Below, in pieces: positions 6,723 through 14,354 of a stretch of 14,354 bases of DNA. The DNA comes from Thermovirgaceae bacterium. GTDB taxonomy: Bacteria > Synergistota > Synergistia > Synergistales > Thermovirgaceae. The notes beneath the pieces were generated by a model that was not told the DNA's origin, made no database searches, and saw only the letters and a program-made list of their open reading frames with translations. How positions within the stretch are numbered: the first letter of the stretch is position 1; every line of letters starts with the position of its first letter. The position numbers were made by a program, and so were the translations under genes. The stretch lies in assembly GCA_046542505.1 (NCBI GenBank), contig JBKHBH010000049.1, positions 1-14,354 of the forward strand, read 5' to 3'.

Positions 6723-9226
6723 GAAGTACGCAGAAAAATGTTCTCTGTTCCTTCGTTTTCAAAAACCCTTTTTCCATGGTGCCGCTCTATCTGACTCTTG
6801 CAGTGGTTTTCTTTCTTGTGGGAACGGGCTTTTCCGGCGAAGCCGCTGTCCGGTCCATCCGGGTGGGGATGCAGCCGAAAGGTCCGCGAATCGCCATTGA
6901 CCTTGATGAAGCCGCGGAATACGGAATCATGAAAAGCAACGGCCGTTTGTATATACAGATCAAAACCCTTCCGAGGGAAGACCTTCCAGGAACGGATGAA
7001 TTGCCGCGCAATGAATTTGTTCAGGGATATCGTGTTTACAAGGAAGGCGATGATACATTTATCGAAGTCGTTTTGAAGGGGGAGAGTACAGCCTTCCGGC
7101 ATTTTGCAATGACCAGACCTGACAGGATAATCATTGACTTTTTCCGTAGAGGAGAACAACCTCCGCCGATTCCCCGACCTGTAGGAATGATTCCGCTGTC
7201 GGAGCGAACCGAAACAGGGGAGCGGGAAAAAACGATTGGTGAGCGCATGGGAATCGCACCCTCGAAAGGCGTTGAAGGAATTGAAGAAAACCTGGAGATT
7301 CCCTTGACGACGGAGGAACTTGTGTTTAATGAATCCGGCAATGCCCACGGTTTTGAACTGGTCATTCCGGAAGACTGGAAGATCTTGAAAGGATGTTCTG
7401 TGGAACTCGTTCTGTCCGAGAGTCGTTCCAGCGGTTTTCTTGTTCCACCCGTCGATGTCTTTCTCAACGATTTCCCACTTGAAGCCGTTTCAAGGGAGAA
7501 AGGGGAAGATGCAGGGGGAAAATTGGTTTTTACCGTACCGCCGGGACTTTTGCAGACGGGGACAAACAGGCTCGTGCTTTTCGGCGGCGGAATGGAGGAA
7601 TCTTCCGGTGATATTCTCTTGAAGGCCGACTCACGTCTTCTTCTGAATGCGAGATTGAAGCATGACCTCAGGCTGTCGGATTTTCCAGGAGCCTTTTTAT
7701 CGGGTGGACCCGAACGACGCACATTGATCGTCATGCCTGAAGGGTTTTCGACAGAGATGTATCAGGCGGGCCTTCGCCTTATGCAGGCTTTGCAAAAGGA
7801 AACGTGGAGCATGCCACGGGATAAAGAAACGCCCGTGCCCGAGTTTGTTGCCTTTCCGGTTCTCGTAAAGGAAGCCGGATCCGGGAAGGATTTTTCAGGA
7901 GATCATATGATTTTTCTGGGCGGGTTTGATTCTTTCGATGCTGAAGTGATTTCGGCTTTCGGTGTTTCCGAAAAGACAGACGAAGAAAGTGCTTTTTTAT
8001 CCTGTTTTTCGAACAGCGAGGGCGCATCGCGGCTTTTCATCGGTTCCGCAAAACCCGATGTGTTGGGATACGCAACGGAAGCACTCCTGCAAGGGTACGC
8101 GGAGGCCGGCCTTGACAATAAACAGATCTGGATAGGGCCGGAGAAGAGCCCGGTGGAAAAGGGAAACGGAAAACACCCTGTGCAACAGGAAGAGGAAATT
8201 GCGATTGCTGTCCCCGAAGCAGGGACCGTTTTCAAGGGAGAAGGTCGCCATAGGCATACATTCTCCTTCGACACCGGGCTCTTCCCCAAAAGTGCCGTGG
8301 ACGCAAGACTTGGCATGATGGTTCGACATTCGCCGCGACTTGATAAAGAGGCATCTCGTATTGCTTTTACAGTTAACGGCAGAAAGACAGGACCAGTCCC
8401 GCTTGATTTTTCGGACATGGGAGGGAAAATGCTTGTTTTACCTGTTCCGCCTGATGAAGAGGAGGGTTTTCTCGACATCGGCGTAGAGGTTTTCCTTCAG
8501 GCGAAAAAGAAAGAACCGTCAAACAGCGCCTGGACGTCTTGGTGTGTTTTGGAAAGAGAAGCGAAAATTTTTTTTCGCGGCAGTCCCGATGCTCGGGAGC
8601 CGTTCCTGGAAAATATCGCGCTATTCATGAGAAGAAAGACCGTAAAGATTTATGCGGGCGAATCCGTGGACATTTCCGCCTTGAACATGTTGAACTCCTT
8701 TTTTATGGGATTGAAGGGACTTGGAGGGAGGCCCCCGGAGATTTTTGTAAAGCCTCTCAATTTGTACCCCGGGACGCAAAGGACCGAACCGGCTATAATT
8801 CTGGGCTCGGCTGACGAAATTTCCCGACTTGAGGTCCCTCTCGCTGTCGGGTACGATGAAAAAAAACTCCTTTTCTATTCGTCGCCCGAGAAGATTCCTG
8901 TTTCTGAAGGACACGAGAAAGAATCCGTCTTGTTTCAACTTTTTGAAGGGGATGGAAAGAACTTTTCCCTTGTGGTGACCTGGCCTTCGGACATTCCATG
9001 GACGGGAAAACTTAAAGAGACACTGCTGGAAGGGAAAATTGAAGGCTCAGTCTGTCTGGTGAACGCGGAAGGCAAGATAACGGCCAGGAAGGCAGCGTTA
9101 CGCGAAACATTACACAAAGGGATATTCGACGTTGATTATTTCGTGCTGGGATTATTTATTATTGCGGTTTCGGGGGTTCTTTTCGGTGTCATGCACCTTT
9201 TTTTGAAGCACAAGACGAGAAAATAG
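6719..9226 (+). CDS. Membrane-anchored periplasmic protein: N-terminal AMIN-like domain plus BcsB (cellulose synthase regulatory subunit)-like body
   Basis: Signal peptide; AMIN-like VRSIRVG..RIAIDL...FAMTRPDRIIIDF; BcsB-like VDVFLNDFPL..FTVPPGLLQTGTNRL..DSRL..LSDFPGAF..TLIVMP, with a second jelly-roll-like repeat RHSPRLDKEASRIAFTVNG; single C-terminal TM followed by KHKTRK. Alternative start at 6776. Confidence 0.65.
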   Translation: MRSTQKNVLCSFVFKNPFSMVPLYLTLAVVFFLVGTGFSGEAAVRSIRVGMQPKGPRIAIDLDEAAEYGIMKSNGRLYIQIKTLPREDLPGTDELPRNEFVQGYRVYKEGDDTFIEVVLKGESTAFRHFAMTRPDRIIIDFFRRGEQPPPIPRPVGMIPLSERTETGEREKTIGERMGIAPSKGVEGIEENLEIPLTTEELVFNESGNAHGFELVIPEDWKILKGCSVELVLSESRSSGFLVPPVDVFLNDFPLEAVSREKGEDAGGKLVFTVPPGLLQTGTNRLVLFGGGMEESSGDILLKADSRLLLNARLKHDLRLSDFPGAFLSGGPERRTLIVMPEGFSTEMYQAGLRLMQALQKETWSMPRDKETPVPEFVAFPVLVKEAGSGKDFSGDHMIFLGGFDSFDAEVISAFGVSEKTDEESAFLSCFSNSEGASRLFIGSAKPDVLGYATEALLQGYAEAGLDNKQIWIGPEKSPVEKGNGKHPVQQEEEIAIAVPEAGTVFKGEGRHRHTFSFDTGLFPKSAVDARLGMMVRHSPRLDKEASRIAFTVNGRKTGPVPLDFSDMGGKMLVLPVPPDEEEGFLDIGVEVFLQAKKKEPSNSAWTSWCVLEREAKIFFRGSPDAREPFLENIALFMRRKTVKIYAGESVDISALNMLNSFFMGLKGLGGRPPEIFVKPLNLYPGTQRTEPAIILGSADEISRLEVPLAVGYDEKKLLFYSSPEKIPVSEGHEKESVLFQLFEGDGKNFSLVVTWPSDIPWTGKLKETLLEGKIEGSVCLVNAEGKITARKAALRETLHKGIFDVDYFVLGLFIIAVSGVLFGVMHLFLKHKTRK

Positions 9227-9296
9227 AGAGGTTTCCTAAATATTTTCGAGACAGTAAAATAACATGTTTCAAGGACGCAAAAGGGGCGAAGCACAG

Positions 9297-9765
9297 GTGA
9301 AGGATGACGAATCTGAAGAAACGTTACGGGCCTGGATGACCTATGCCCTGAACATGGCAGCCATTGGCGCCGCCGAGGGTGAAATTCCCGTCGGAGCCGT
9401 CGTAGTACAAAACGGGAAACCTGTCGGCAAAGGATTCAATAGACGTGAAGCGACTTCGGATCCGACGGCACATGCGGAAATAGTAGCCATACGTGAGGCG
9501 GCCCTGGAACTTTCGCGCTGGAGACTTGATGACTGCGATCTTTATGTGACTCTCGAGCCTTGTCCGATGTGTGCCGGAGCATTGGTGATGGCGAGAATAC
9601 GGAGGCTGTTTTACGGAGCAAAAGATCCGAGGTGGGGTGCTTGCGGAACCTTGTACGATATCCCCAGAGATCCGAGATGGAATCACTCCTGTAAAATACG
9701 GGGTGGAAATCCTCGCGGAGGATTGTGCTAAAATGCTTCGGGAGTTCTTTCAGGTCCGTAGATAA
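9297..9765 (+). CDS. tadA: tRNA adenosine(34) deaminase, with an apparent 1-nt insertion at 9707-9709
   Basis: GEIPVGAVVV, DPTAHAEI, LYVTLEPCPMC, YGAKDP motifs. Removing one A restores the typical C-terminal helix GGILAEDCAKMLREFFQVRR* (stop 9763-9765). Start is GTG 9297 or ATG 9264. Confidence 0.9.
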
Positions 9766-9780
9766 CCTGTTGTACAGGGT

Positions 9781-9873
9781 GGAGAGATGGCCGAGAGGTC
9801 GAAGGCGGGCGACTCGAAATCGTCTAGGCGGTGATGAGCCGCCTCGTGGGTTCGAATCCCACTCTCTCCGCCA
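9781..9873 (+). tRNA. tRNA-Ser(CGA)
   Basis: Acceptor GGAGAGA/TCTCTCC, discriminator G plus encoded CCA; anticodon loop CT-CGA-AA (CGA 9815-17); long variable arm; GTTCGAATC T-loop. Confidence 0.96.
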
Positions 9874-9905
9874 TTTGAAATCTTCAGTCACAACCCAACC
9901 ATTGC

Positions 9906-9995
<90 letters not shown>

Positions 9996-10086
9996 TATTT
10001 TAGCTGTCGGTGTGTTATGTAGAGCGAAAACGGGGCATTGATGGTTCATCAGGGATCCTGTCAGTATCTTCAAGCTACGGTTTTTC

Positions 10087-10195
10087 GCAGGGGGTCCAGC
10101 CCTGTGCGGCAAAGACCCGCGAACCCCGCCAGGCCCGGAAGGGAGCAACGGTAAGCGGTGATCTTTGGGTGACACAGATTATCTGGGCCCCCTGT
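10087..10195 (+). ncRNA. ffs: Signal recognition particle RNA (small 4.5S type)
   Basis: Helix-8 signature CAGGCCCGGAAGGGAGCA with GGAA tetraloop; closing stem GCAGGGGGTCCAG / CTGGGCCCCCTGT; tadA-tRNA-Ser-ffs context. Ends approximate. Confidence 0.92.
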
Positions 10196-10227
10196 AAAAA
10201 ACCGTTGTTTTTTTGGGAGCCCGCAAG

Positions 10228-10713
10228 ATGGACAAACCGTTTAATGGCTACATAAAACCGAAAAATGAAATAAGGCAAGACGAAAAACTTATCCTGCAGC
10301 CTGTGTTTGTTGTCTCCGTGGAAGTTTTTACCCGAGGCCTTTTGCGCCGTCCCGAATACCGGTATTACCAGGCTGTTGTGGATGCGTCAACGGGCAACTC
10401 GGAATTTTTCCCCGATGGGTCGGTATCCGTACTCGAGGAGGAACCTCCTGCAGGCAAAGCCATTCCTCCTGTTATCGACGCATCTCAGGCGGTAGCGGTG
10501 GCTGAGCTTGATGCCCGGCATTCAGGGAGGCAAGGGTGGAAAGCGGTTTTTGGCTCCGCCTATGTAAAGGCTCGAAAAGAGAGTGTGGTCGCCACCTGGC
10601 GTGTCTGGGTTCTCCTGGAGGATTCCATGACCGATTCACTGACGGGAAGGAAAATCGACGGGGCGGTTTTTCTTGCGAATTTCCTGAATCGCGGAGGCCC
10701 AGAGGGGAAATAG
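10228..10713 (+). CDS. Hypothetical protein
   Basis: 161-aa ORF filling the gap between ffs and a hairpin; GGGAG SD before ATG 10228. Confidence 0.7.
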   Translation: MDKPFNGYIKPKNEIRQDEKLILQPVFVVSVEVFTRGLLRRPEYRYYQAVVDASTGNSEFFPDGSVSVLEEEPPAGKAIPPVIDASQAVAVAELDARHSGRQGWKAVFGSAYVKARKESVVATWRVWVLLEDSMTDSLTGRKIDGAVFLANFLNRGGPEGK

Positions 10714-10716
10714 AGC

Positions 10717-10759
10717 CTCTCCCCGGATGGAATCATCTGGATTCCCGACACGGGGAGAG
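10717..10759. terminator. Interrupted hairpin between convergent genes
   Basis: CTCTCCCCG / CGGGGAGAG outer stem and GGAATC / GATTCC inner stem; no U-tract. Confidence 0.45.
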
Positions 10760-10773
10760 ATATCGGCTCGATA

Positions 10774-11121
10774 TTACCGGTGTTCGTCTTCATCGTTGTC
10801 GCTTTGGTCAAGGGCGATGTTGCAGGGCGGCGGGGCGATATCGATGAGAGTTCCGATGAGTTTTTCTAGTTCCTGCAGATCAGGTGTCTTTGATTCCGCG
10901 AGGCAGCTCTTGACGTAATTTTTGAGGATCTCGATGCACGCAGTCTGCATGGCCTTTCTTGCCGCAGAAAGTTGTAAAAGGATGTCTCTGCAGGGTTTAT
11001 CCTCGATGATCATCCTCTGGATTCCGCGCAACTGTCCCTCAACCCGTTTCAGGCGATTGAGCATTGCTTTTCTGTCTGGCGGCATGTTCTCAAGCTGATC
11101 GATCAGTGATCCATGGGCCAT
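10774..11121 (-). CDS. CsoR/RcnR-family metal- or persulfide-sensing repressor
   Basis: LNRLKRVEGQLRGIQRMI.EDKPCRDILLQLSAARKA family signature; C44 and C73 spaced by 29 residues. Confidence 0.9.
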   Translation of the reverse strand: MAHGSLIDQLENMPPDRKAMLNRLKRVEGQLRGIQRMIIEDKPCRDILLQLSAARKAMQTACIEILKNYVKSCLAESKTPDLQELEKLIGTLIDIAPPPCNIALDQSDNDEDEHR

Positions 11122-11172
11122 TTTTATTCCCCCCTGGTATTTTCTGTAAGGGCAAGTAGCCGTATGGGGTAT

Positions 11173-11201
11173 ATAGTACGTTCAAATCTGTTGCTGGTCA
11201 A
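11173..11201 (-). promoter_or_regulatory. Sigma70-type promoter of the CsoR-family gene
   Basis: Minus strand TTGACC (11201-11196), N17, TACTAT (11178-11173). Confidence 0.6.
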
Positions 11202-11225
11202 TCCGCAACTGTGGTATACTCCCCG
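11191..11225 (+). promoter_or_regulatory. rpsB promoter with extended -10
   Basis: TTGCTG (11191-96), N18, TATACT (11215-20) within TGTGGTATACT, like the extended -10 of E. coli rpsB; GC-rich discriminator CCCCG. Confidence 0.7.
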
Positions 11226-11335
11226 ATGGCCGTATTACTCACACGACCCGACCGGTCCGGCGGTGTCCCCAAAAGGATTCCGGGCCAGGAAGACGGTCGT
11301 GGAGGCTCAAACCAACAATTCAGGAGGGGTTGCAA
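11226..11335 (+). promoter_or_regulatory. rpsB 5' leader (S2 autoregulatory / t44-like RNA)
   Basis: CACAC...GCGGTG...TGGAGG..AAACC layout; stem CACGACC / GGTCGTG; lies between the promoter and the rpsB SD. Confidence 0.65.
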
Positions 11336-12214
11336 GTGGCAATAGTGACAATGAAGCAGCTTCTGGAATGCGGTGTGCATTTCGGGCATCAGACGCGACG
11401 GTGGAATCCGAAAATGAAGCCCTACATTTTCACCGAGCGAAACGGTGTCTACATCGTGGACCTGCAAAAAACCGTGAAAGGACTCGAAAAAGCCTACGAT
11501 TTTTTACGTGAAGTTTCCCAAAGCGGTGGCGGAGTTCTTTTCGTGGGAACGAAGAAACAGGCCCAGGAAACCATACGGGATGAAGCCATCCGGTGCGGTC
11601 AGTTCTACATAACCCACAGGTGGCTCGGCGGACTGCTCACGAATTTTTCGACAATAAAAAAACGTGTTAACCGGATGACCAGGCTCCAGGAGCTTCTTGA
11701 TTCGGGCACGGGGGCACAGAAATGGACCAAGAAAGAACTCGTCGGGCTTAGAAAAGAACGTGAGAAACTCGAAAAATACCTTCTTGGAATCAAGGACATG
11801 AAAGATCTCCCTGATGCCCTGGTTGTCGTCGATCCGCGGCGAGAGGATATCGCTGTTCTCGAAGCGAGAAAACTCAACATTCCGGTTATTTCGATCATAG
11901 ATACGAACTGTGACCCCGATCTTATCGATTTCCCCATTCCCGGGAATGATGATGCGATCCGGGCCATCAAGTTGATCATTGGTCTTCTTGCCGATGCCGT
12001 TGTCGAAGGCAGGCAGGGAGAAGACAGCGGTGAAGAGGCGCCGGTTGATACGACCCCGGAAGCCGAAGTGTCGGAAGAAGACAATGACCCCGTTGAAGTA
12101 ACGGAAGAAGACGTAATCACTGTGAAAAAGAAGCTCCAGGAAAACTACGGTGAGGTAGAAAAGAAAATCGTCGACAAGGAACTTGTCGAACGCAAGGGAT
12201 GGAAGGAGGAATAG
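11336..12214 (+). CDS. rpsB: 30S ribosomal protein S2
   Basis: [22 protein letters not shown] and [15 protein letters not shown] start 8 nt after AGGAGG; acidic C-terminal extension. Confidence 0.98.
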   Translation: MAIVTMKQLLECGVHFGHQTRRWNPKMKPYIFTERNGVYIVDLQKTVKGLEKAYDFLREVSQSGGGVLFVGTKKQAQETIRDEAIRCGQFYITHRWLGGLLTNFSTIKKRVNRMTRLQELLDSGTGAQKWTKKELVGLRKEREKLEKYLLGIKDMKDLPDALVVVDPRREDIAVLEARKLNIPVISIIDTNCDPDLIDFPIPGNDDAIRAIKLIIGLLADAVVEGRQGEDSGEEAPVDTTPEAEVSEEDNDPVEVTEEDVITVKKKLQENYGEVEKKIVDKELVERKGWKEE

Positions 12215-12217
12215 ACA

Positions 12218-12811
12218 ATGGCCGTCCACATGGAAACCGTCAAGGAACTTCGCTACCGCTCTGGTGCGGGAGTCCTCGATTGCAAGAAAGCTCTTGAAGA
12301 ATGTGATAATGATCTGGAAAAGGCTGTTGACTTCCTTCGCGAAAAAGGTCTCGCCAAAGCCGCGAAAAAGGCCGGAAGAACAGCTTCGGAAGGAAATGTT
12401 TTCAGCTACATCCACACAAACGGGAAGATCGGAACTCTTGTAGAAATAAACTGCGAAACCGATTTTGTTGCCCGAACCGACGAATTCCAGGAGCTTGGCA
12501 AGGAAATCGCCATGCACATAGCGGCGGCGGCGCCGCAATATCTTACGTCCGAAGAGGTGCCTGAAGAGGATCTCGAAAGGGAAAAGGAAATCTACAAACA
12601 GCAGGCCCTCGAAGAAGGAAAACCTGAACATATCCTCGAAAAGATCGCAGAGGGGCGGATAGCCAAGTTTTACGAGGAGAATTGCCTGGTGGAGCAAAAA
12701 TACATCAGGGACCCCGAAAAGAAGATAAAGGATGTCCTCGTCGAAAACATCGCAATCCTTGGCGAAAACATTGTCGTCAGACGGTTTTCCAGGTTTGCTA
12801 TAGGCGAATAA
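12218..12811 (+). CDS. tsf: Elongation factor Ts (short 197-aa form)
   Basis: VKELRYRSGAGVLDCKKAL and EINCETDFVA motifs; follows rpsB. Confidence 0.98.
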   Translation: MAVHMETVKELRYRSGAGVLDCKKALEECDNDLEKAVDFLREKGLAKAAKKAGRTASEGNVFSYIHTNGKIGTLVEINCETDFVARTDEFQELGKEIAMHIAAAAPQYLTSEEVPEEDLEREKEIYKQQALEEGKPEHILEKIAEGRIAKFYEENCLVEQKYIRDPEKKIKDVLVENIAILGENIVVRRFSRFAIGE

Positions 12812-12815
12812 AGAG

Positions 12816-12848
12816 AAAAGGGGCGGGGATTTCCCCGCCCCTTTTTTT
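12816..12848 (+). terminator. Rho-independent terminator after tsf
   Basis: GGGGCGGGG-attt-CCCCGCCCC followed by T7 and preceded by A4. Confidence 0.85.
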
Positions 12849-12889
12849 GTGTTTGTTCAGACTGCTGCAATCGGAGGTGGTAGAAAAGG

Positions 12890-13612
12890 ATGATTCCGTA
12901 CAAGCGGATTCTCTTGAAACTGTCCGGTGAGATTCTCGCGGGCGAAAAATCCTTCGGCCTGGACATGTCGATTGTTGTACGCATGTGTCAGGACATTGCC
13001 ATGCTTGCGAGAAACGGCGTTGAAGTGGCTATGGTTGTCGGCGGAGGAAATATTTTTCGCGGGACGAATGCCGATTCCGTCAATCTGGACAGGGCGCAGG
13101 GAGATTACATGGGCATGCTGGCCACCGTCATCAATTCTCTCGCTTTGCAGAACGCCCTCGAGCGGATGGGAGTTCCGACTCGTGTCCAGACTGCCATAGA
13201 GATGAGGGAAATCGCGGAGCCTTTCATACGAAGAAAAGCCCTGTCCCATCTGGAAAAGGGACGTATTGTCATTTTCGCTGCAGGAACCGGATCCCCATAT
13301 TTTTCTACCGATACAGCCGCCGCCCTTCGGGCCGCGGAGATCGGGGCCGATTGCCTGTTGAAGGCGACAAAAGTCGATGGTATATATGATAGTGACCCGG
13401 AAAAGAATTCCGATGCCAGGCTCTTGCGGAAGGTCACCTATATGGATGCCCTCCAGAAGCAGTTGAAAGTGATGGATGCAGCGGCCTTTTCTCTGTGCAT
13501 GGAGAACAAAATTCCCATAATCGTTGCGAACATCCGGAAGGAAGGAACGCTGCAAAGGATTATTCTCGAAGGCGAACGGATAGGCACCCTCGTTCATCTT
13601 GAAAGGGAGTGA
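12890..13612 (+). CDS. pyrH: UMP kinase
   Basis: [43 protein letters not shown] motifs; GGAGGT SD. Confidence 0.98.
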   Translation: MIPYKRILLKLSGEILAGEKSFGLDMSIVVRMCQDIAMLARNGVEVAMVVGGGNIFRGTNADSVNLDRAQGDYMGMLATVINSLALQNALERMGVPTRVQTAIEMREIAEPFIRRKALSHLEKGRIVIFAAGTGSPYFSTDTAAALRAAEIGADCLLKATKVDGIYDSDPEKNSDARLLRKVTYMDALQKQLKVMDAAAFSLCMENKIPIIVANIRKEGTLQRIILEGERIGTLVHLERE

Positions 13613-13620
13613 GACGAAAG

Positions 13621-14178
13621 ATGCCCGACGCTGAACTGAAAGACCTGAAAGAAAAGATGGAAAAGGTTATCGAACACTTCAGGAAGGAACTTCACGGTGT
13701 ACGCACAGGCCGCGCTCATCCGGCTCTCGTAGAAGACATAAAAGTCGATTATTACGGGGCTCAGACACCCGTTTCACAGCTTGCGTCGATCAGTATCCCC
13801 GATGCGCGCCAGATATTGATATCCCCATGGGACAAAACGGCGATCAAGTCTGTAGAAAAGGCCATACAGGCATCGCCACTGGGTATTAATCCACAGGTCG
13901 ACGGCGATAATATCAGGCTGAACATCCCTGAATTGACGGGCGAGCGGAGAGTGGAACTGACAAAGCTTGTCAAAAAGCATGCGGAAGATGCGAGGGTCGC
14001 TGTCAGGAACCTGCGAAGGGAAGGGAACGACACCTACAAGAAAAAGGAAAAAAACGGAGATATCAGTGAAGACCAGATGCATGATTACCTTGAATACGTC
14101 CAGGAAGTCACAAATGAATTTATCGAAAAAATAGACAGGATTGCAGAAACAAAAGAAAAAGAAATTCTCGAGGACTGA
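13621..14178 (+). CDS. frr: Ribosome recycling factor
   Basis: RTGRAHP, VDYYG, PELTGERR, AVRNLRRE motifs; follows pyrH. Alternative GTG start at 13609. Confidence 0.97.
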   Translation: MPDAELKDLKEKMEKVIEHFRKELHGVRTGRAHPALVEDIKVDYYGAQTPVSQLASISIPDARQILISPWDKTAIKSVEKAIQASPLGINPQVDGDNIRLNIPELTGERRVELTKLVKKHAEDARVAVRNLRREGNDTYKKKEKNGDISEDQMHDYLEYVQEVTNEFIEKIDRIAETKEKEILED

Positions 14179-14239
14179 AAAATCAAACGGACAGAGGACT
14201 GTGTTCTATCGGGATAAAAAGTTATGAATTATGTTACTT

Positions 14240-14278
14240 TAGCAAAGGGCTGCGTTCACAAGACGCAGCCCTTTGCTA
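14240..14278. terminator. 16-bp perfect hairpin after frr
   Basis: TAGCAAAGGGCTGCGT-tcacaag-ACGCAGCCCTTTGCTA. Confidence 0.65.
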
Positions 14279-14354
14279 TAAACTTAACCAAACAAAATAG
14301 TTTATAATTTGTTCAAGGCATTTTTTAGATACTCCCTGGAAGGTCTATAATCTT

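Noticed and set aside
9781..9873. Possible tRNA-Sec (long variable arm, near a selenoprotein gene)
   Set aside because: Anticodon is CGA, not TCA, with a canonical 7-bp acceptor stem.
11504..12697. 397-aa minus-strand ORF
   Set aside because: Antisense shadow of rpsB/tsf, attributable to their codon bias.
12857..13597. 246-aa minus-strand ORF
   Set aside because: Antisense shadow of pyrH.

Overview
Anaerobic-bacterium chromosomal window (gene content suggests Synergistota; inference). It has an accessory left half and a housekeeping right half. Left: an MFS transporter; an exported protein split by a -1 shift at an in-frame A_AAA_AAG; and a CdaR/PucR-type regulator divergent from a stand-alone glycine/sarcosine/betaine-reductase protein B module. 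That module comprises a GrdE-family proprotein, a GrdB-family selenoprotein and grdX; the selenoprotein's in-frame UGA at 5527 is followed by a clear SECIS hairpin, so the ORF track wrongly splits it. Then come a probable decayed acyl-CoA ligase fragment and an orphan 835-aa AMIN + BcsB-like membrane-anchored protein. Right: tadA (with a 1-nt frameshift near the 3' end), tRNA-Ser(CGA), tRNA-Ser(GGA), SRP RNA, a hypothetical gene, a CsoR/RcnR-family repressor lacking the Cu-liganding His (CstR-like pattern) whose promoter overlaps the rpsB promoter, and rpsB-tsf-pyrH-frr. No CRISPR array, mobile element or clear-cut new system was found. The best novelty candidates are the AMIN-BcsB-like fusion, the CdaR-linked orphan selenoreductase module and the slippery-site gene. 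All family calls are by motif recognition, not database search.
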